Source: Planctomycetota bacterium
Lineage (GTDB): Bacteria > Planctomycetota > UBA8108 > UBA1146
DNA length: 11,134 nucleotides
Direction: 5' to 3'
NCBI GenBank assembly: GCA_036338595.1
Contig: JAYZBV010000032.1
Span: 1-11,134, forward strand
Below the pieces are notes generated by a model. That model had not been told where the DNA came from, did not search any database, and saw only the letters and a list, made by a program, of their open reading frames with translations. The position numbers and the translations under genes are program-made. Shown here piece after piece: positions 7,196-11,134 of the stretch (its first letter is position 1; each line of letters begins with the position of its first letter).

Positions 7196-9484
7196 ATGGC
7201 AGCCAGCAAATGTGAATCTGCTCGCAATATCAACGCTCAGGTGAAGGTGAGGCAAGGGCTGTGGCTCCTTGTTCTGGCCTTGATCTCGGTGTTGGGGATA
7301 ACATCCCGGATCCAGGGGCAATGCCTTCCCAGTTCGTGGGTGATCACCGGTACCGTCATGAATACCGCTGGTGAGCCAGTTGTCGGAGTCGACATCGATA
7401 TTCTGGATCCATTCACCGGATTCGCTCTGATTCTCAGCCAGGATTTCACTGTGGCAGATGGCAGTTTTACCACTGTGATCTGTGAGGTGGCTCCACCAGG
7501 CTTTTATGACATCCACTTTCAGACTGCGCGTTCGATGCCGTATTTCGATCTGGTGGTCCAGTCGGTGAATCTGACCGGAAATACCGATCTCGGAACCTTG
7601 GTTCTCGAAGATGCGAGCATCGTCTCGGGTCGAGTGATCGGAGATTCAGGAGATCCCCTGTCGGCAGTGGATCTTGACTTCTTCGATCCCATCAGCGGGC
7701 AGCAAACGGCTTTCTCCGGTGACTTCACTGACGACGACGGACTCTATTCGATAAAGGTCTTCGCCGATTTCTGGGACATCCGTTTCACCCAGGGATCAGG
7801 CACAAGTCCGATTCCTCTGGTTCCCCTTCTTCTTTCTGACGTTGCTGTATTTGATGTTGTCGATCTTGGAGATGCGGTGTTACGGGACGGCCACGAACTC
7901 ACAGGTACCATCGAGGAGGCTTCCGGAGCTCCCGTGGTGGGGTCCGACATCGATGTCATAGATCCGATCACCGGTGAGAAATTCTTGACGCCCGGTGACA
8001 ACACTGATGGCTCGGGTGTATTCCAGGTGCTGGTCCCCGCAGGTTCCTGGGAACTGGAAGTGGACCCACCACAAGGGACATCTCTGGTTGCTTCATTGAC
8101 CAACATCACGGTTCCCATTGGTGGTGTTGATATCGGTGTCTTGATCTTGCCCGAGGGATTCCCGGTTATAGGAACCGTTGTGGATATCAGCGGAGATATT
8201 ATCCCCGATACCGACCTCGATTTCTTCATTTCTGCCACCGGGATCGAGATTCCAACGGCCCATGACAATGCCAATAGTTCTGGAGTTTTTTCGGTGCAGG
8301 TGGAGCCGAATACCTATGACATTGCGTTCCGCCCCAAATTTATCAGTGGGGCTGCGCCGCTGGTGATCGAGTCGATCGATGTATTCGGTGCCACCGATAT
8401 CGGAGTGATCACCTTGCCGGAGGGGTATGCACTGACGGGAACCGTGGTTGCGGGAGCAGTACCGGTTGCGGATGTAGAGATCACTCTCAATGACAGTTCC
8501 ACGGGAGATGCCATCTACGTATTTGGCAACGACACCGATGGCCTGGGTGCATTTTCAATGCGTCAGGTTCCGGGGATCTATGATCTGACGGCAACCCCTC
8601 TCGCCAGTACCGCGTATCCGACCAGAGTCCTCGCCGGGTTAGTACTCGATTCCGATATCAACATTCCCATCGACCTGCTCGGTGGCGCACCGCCCAGTCC
8701 TCCTGATCCAGTCGAGAGTTTCGAGTGTGTTGCCAGTTCGGGACTCGTTCTACTCTCCTGGATTCTGGGGGATGTGGACTACGATTTGATCCAGATTGAA
8801 CGCGATGGAGCATTTCTCACCAACCTGCCGGGCAGCGCTACCTCTTTCGACGATCAGTTTGCTCCACAAGTCCAGTTGCAATACACAGTGATAGCGATCC
8901 GGGATGCTCTGACCAGCGCTCCCAGTAACTGTTCAGTCAACAACTCACCTCCACCGTCTTCGCCGCCGCTACCCGTTTCGAATCTCAATTGCACGGAAAA
9001 CCTTCTGGGAGTCGATCTCGGATGGCAACTGGGCGAACCGGATTACGATGCCATCGAGATTCACTTCGATAGCGTTCTGTTGGAGGTCCTGTCGGGGCAG
9101 GCGGTGGGCTTTTTCCATGACGGTGTTTTACCGGGGTTGCATCAGTGGGAAATCGTGGCGTTGAGATCTTCACTGCAATCAGTGGCAACTTCCTGCAGTA
9201 TCGATGTTACCGGGGGTAGTGGCGGGCCGATCTTCCTGCGCGGAGATGCCAACGAAGATCTCAGTTTGAATATAGCGGACGTTATTTTCATTCTTAGCTA
9301 CCTGTTCTTGCAGGGGCCGGGTGGATCCTGTCATGACGCCATGGATGCGAACGACTCCGGATCCGTCAATATCGCCGATGCCGTGAGAATCCTCGAGTTC
9401 CTGTTCGGTGCAGGAGTTTCCCCCGAGTTGCCCTGGCCGACTGCAGGCGAGGATCCGACCGCTGATTCATTGCCCTGCTCCTGA
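7196..9484 (+). CDS. Secreted multidomain protein: 5 carboxypeptidase-regulatory-like (prealbumin-fold) repeats, 2 Fn3-like domains, C-terminal dockerin type I-like domain
   Basis: Signal peptide (KVRQGLWLLVLALISVLGITSRIQG|QC). Five repeats begin ITGTV/VSGRV/LTGTI/VIGTV/LTGTV. Pro-rich linkers precede two PV..C...V.L.W.LG..DYD.I.I units. The tail is FLRGDANEDLSLNIAD...DANDSGSVNIAD. Exact start uncertain (ATG 7196 or a GTG about 45-50 nt downstream). Confidence 0.85.
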   Translation: MAASKCESARNINAQVKVRQGLWLLVLALISVLGITSRIQGQCLPSSWVITGTVMNTAGEPVVGVDIDILDPFTGFALILSQDFTVADGSFTTVICEVAPPGFYDIHFQTARSMPYFDLVVQSVNLTGNTDLGTLVLEDASIVSGRVIGDSGDPLSAVDLDFFDPISGQQTAFSGDFTDDDGLYSIKVFADFWDIRFTQGSGTSPIPLVPLLLSDVAVFDVVDLGDAVLRDGHELTGTIEEASGAPVVGSDIDVIDPITGEKFLTPGDNTDGSGVFQVLVPAGSWELEVDPPQGTSLVASLTNITVPIGGVDIGVLILPEGFPVIGTVVDISGDIIPDTDLDFFISATGIEIPTAHDNANSSGVFSVQVEPNTYDIAFRPKFISGAAPLVIESIDVFGATDIGVITLPEGYALTGTVVAGAVPVADVEITLNDSSTGDAIYVFGNDTDGLGAFSMRQVPGIYDLTATPLASTAYPTRVLAGLVLDSDINIPIDLLGGAPPSPPDPVESFECVASSGLVLLSWILGDVDYDLIQIERDGAFLTNLPGSATSFDDQFAPQVQLQYTVIAIRDALTSAPSNCSVNNSPPPSSPPLPVSNLNCTENLLGVDLGWQLGEPDYDAIEIHFDSVLLEVLSGQAVGFFHDGVLPGLHQWEIVALRSSLQSVATSCSIDVTGGSGGPIFLRGDANEDLSLNIADVIFILSYLFLQGPGGSCHDAMDANDSGSVNIADAVRILEFLFGAGVSPELPWPTAGEDPTADSLPCS
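7337..8685 (+). repeat. Five tandem ~90-aa intragenic protein repeats, degenerate at DNA level
   Basis: Consensus by eye: (I/L)xGxV...SGxP(V/L)xxxD(I/L)D(F/V)xDPxTG...xD(N/F)TDxxGxF.....GxYDIxFxP...DxG. Confidence 0.8.
9233..9481 (+). other. Dockerin type I-like domain with duplicated Ca-binding loops, planctomycete style
   Basis: FLRGDANEDLSLNIADVIFILSYLF...C.DAMDANDSGSVNIADAVRILEFLF...PWPTAGEDPTADSLPC: two DxNxxxxxNIAD loops, each followed by a hydrophobic helix, plus a Cys pair. Confidence 0.8.
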
Positions 9485-9600
9485 AGCGGATTTACGTCCG
9501 AGGTCTACTCCGAGGCCGGATCCATCCTTGTGCTGATAGGTGGTGAACCCGAAGATGGAGGGAGAGCGCCCCAGGGCTCCCTTATCCGAGGAGGTACAAA

Positions 9601-11134
9601 ATGGCATCTCAGAGCAATGTGAGTTGCTATCGATGGATTCTGATCCTGTACCTGCTGATAACCACCGGATTCCTCTGCAGCCCGAGTCCTTTGTTTGCGC
9701 AGGGGAGCGGGCAGGTCCTTTACGTCGATCAGGATGTCAACGGTGTTGCCGGTCTCAGCTGGGCCGATGCTTTCAGTGATCTACAGCAGGCGCTTACCGT
9801 CGCCTCCTCCGGTGACGAGATTCGGGTTGCGGGTGGTTTCTATTCTCCCGATCAGGGCGGTGGGCAATCAGCCGGAGATCCGGATTCTACATTTACCATC
9901 GGCGATGAACTGGTGATTCGCGGTGGCTATGCCGGATCGGCAACCTCTTCGCCCGATTCCCGTGACCCGTCCCTCTATCCGACCGTTCTCGATGGCAGGA
10001 TCCAGTCGATTCATGTCGCCCCCTACGGAGTCGATACGCCGGTCAGTGGTCTGAGTCCGGATCTGCCCTGTGCCACCATCCAGCATGGCATCGATCGTGC
10101 GCTGGAGACGGGGCTCGGAGTCATCCGTGTTCAGGCGGGCAATTATGCAGGGACCATCGAACTGGCCGACGGATTGGTGATCCAGGGAGGTTACGACACG
10201 AACTGGCAGTGGGGTGATTACCTCGATCCGGCCCACCGGGTCACTCTCAGTGGCGGAATCAACACCGATGGACAGGCAGTGACCATCATCGCGAAGGATT
10301 TGCTGGAAGGCTCTTTCCTGGTCGATCTGGAGATTTCCGGAGTGACGGCGAGCGGATCCGTCAACGGTGTGTCTCGTAGTTCTTACGGGATTCATGTGCG
10401 CGATTCGGTGCTCGATTTAACTCGTGTCCGAGTGGTGGCTGGTTCCGGCGCGCCTGGATTGACCGGTGATCCCGGTACCGATCTGACAGTAACACCGGCG
10501 GCATCAGGGCAATCGGGAGGAGATGCCGACCAGTACTTCAGTCCCTGCGATGCGACATCGGCGGGGGCTGGTGGGTTGGCGGGTGGCGGTGGTCCGAGCG
10601 GAGGGGGAAACGGAGGTACCGGTGGCACCATGGACAGTGACTGCTGTGGCACCATCCCGAATCCCTTCTGTGATGACTACGATGCGACTGCCGGTGATGC
10701 CGGTGCCGATGGTGCTGGCCCCTCCGGCTGGGGCAGCGGAGGTTCAGGTGGGGGTACCTGTAACCCGGGGGGGGACGGAGCACCTGGAGCTCCGGGAACT
10801 TCCGGAACCGGAGGAGCCGGATCAACTTCCGGCGGCAATCTCGTCGGCGATTACTGGGTCCCCTTCATCGGTTCTTCTGGCGCCACTGGTAGCGCTGGCG
10901 GCGGCGGTGGTGGCGGTGGTGGTTCAGGAGGATGCGACACCGGAACCGACAGTCATGGTGCTGGAGGTGGTGGTGGCGGAGGAGGAGGAATTCCTTCTCC
11001 GGCAGCAGGTTCCGCAGGGCGCGGAGGGGGTTCGAGTTTTGCCCTGTTCGTGCTCGGAATTTCACAGGTGACGCTTTTCGATAGTGTCATCCTGCGCGGT
11101 GCCGGTGCGGTGGGAGGTACAGGGGGGCTCCCTG
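9601..11134 (+). CDS. Secreted protein with two tandem beta-helix N-terminal cap (DUF1565-like) modules and a glycine-rich (PGRS-like) region; truncated by the window edge
   Basis: Not in the ORF track. Strong RBS GAGGAGGT (9588-9595), ATG 9601, and an open frame to the window end (511 codons): MASQSNVSCYRWILILYLLITTGFLCSPSPLFA|QGSGQVLYVDQDVNGVAGLSWADAFSDLQQAL...GDEIRVAGGFYSP...IHVAPYGVD...PCATIQHGIDRA...GGGGGGGGGSGGC...GGGSSFALFV. Confidence 0.88.
   Translation, partial: MASQSNVSCYRWILILYLLITTGFLCSPSPLFAQGSGQVLYVDQDVNGVAGLSWADAFSDLQQALTVASSGDEIRVAGGFYSPDQGGGQSAGDPDSTFTIGDELVIRGGYAGSATSSPDSRDPSLYPTVLDGRIQSIHVAPYGVDTPVSGLSPDLPCATIQHGIDRALETGLGVIRVQAGNYAGTIELADGLVIQGGYDTNWQWGDYLDPAHRVTLSGGINTDGQAVTIIAKDLLEGSFLVDLEISGVTASGSVNGVSRSSYGIHVRDSVLDLTRVRVVAGSGAPGLTGDPGTDLTVTPAASGQSGGDADQYFSPCDATSAGAGGLAGGGGPSGGGNGGTGGTMDSDCCGTIPNPFCDDYDATAGDAGADGAGPSGWGSGGSGGGTCNPGGDGAPGAPGTSGTGGAGSTSGGNLVGDYWVPFIGSSGATGSAGGGGGGGGGSGGCDTGTDSHGAGGGGGGGGGIPSPAAGSAGRGGGSSFALFVLGISQVTLFDSVILRGAGAVGGTGGLP

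Noticed and set aside
7337..8685. Pilin-like CnaB repeats with isopeptide bonds
   Set aside because: The repeats lack the conserved first-strand Lys, and the protein has no sortase motif.
9545..9582. Glycine riboswitch upstream of a glycine-rich gene (GGAGAG, CCGAAG, CAGG words)
   Set aside because: The words are in the wrong order for the aptamer and the region is too short.
10523..11071. ORF-track + strand 182-aa ORF, other small ORFs in 9540..11065, and the GGN runs as a microsatellite
   Set aside because: These are alternate frames of the real gene starting at 9601. The GGN runs use mixed Gly codons and are coding, not a simple repeat.

Overview
GC-rich bacterial genomic window. The C-terminal 'planctomycete-type' dockerin domain suggests Planctomycetota (inference). 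Left to right it contains: the 5' part of a minus-strand sugar phosphate isomerase/epimerase TIM-barrel gene (missing from the ORF track); a divergent, translationally coupled lutABC (ykgEFG/lldEFG) Fe-S L-lactate dehydrogenase operon; a POT-family peptide transporter coupled to an uncharacterised secreted HExxH (gluzincin-like) protein; a convergent orphan N6-adenine DNA methyltransferase; and two large secreted proteins. The first secreted protein has five ~90-aa beta-sandwich repeats, two Cys-flanked Fn3-like domains and a dockerin-like tail. The second is missing from the ORF track and runs off the window; it has two tandem beta-helix cap modules followed by a long Gly/Cys-rich region. No rRNA, tRNA, CRISPR array or mobile element was recognised. 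All calls come from reading motifs by eye; no database search was run.
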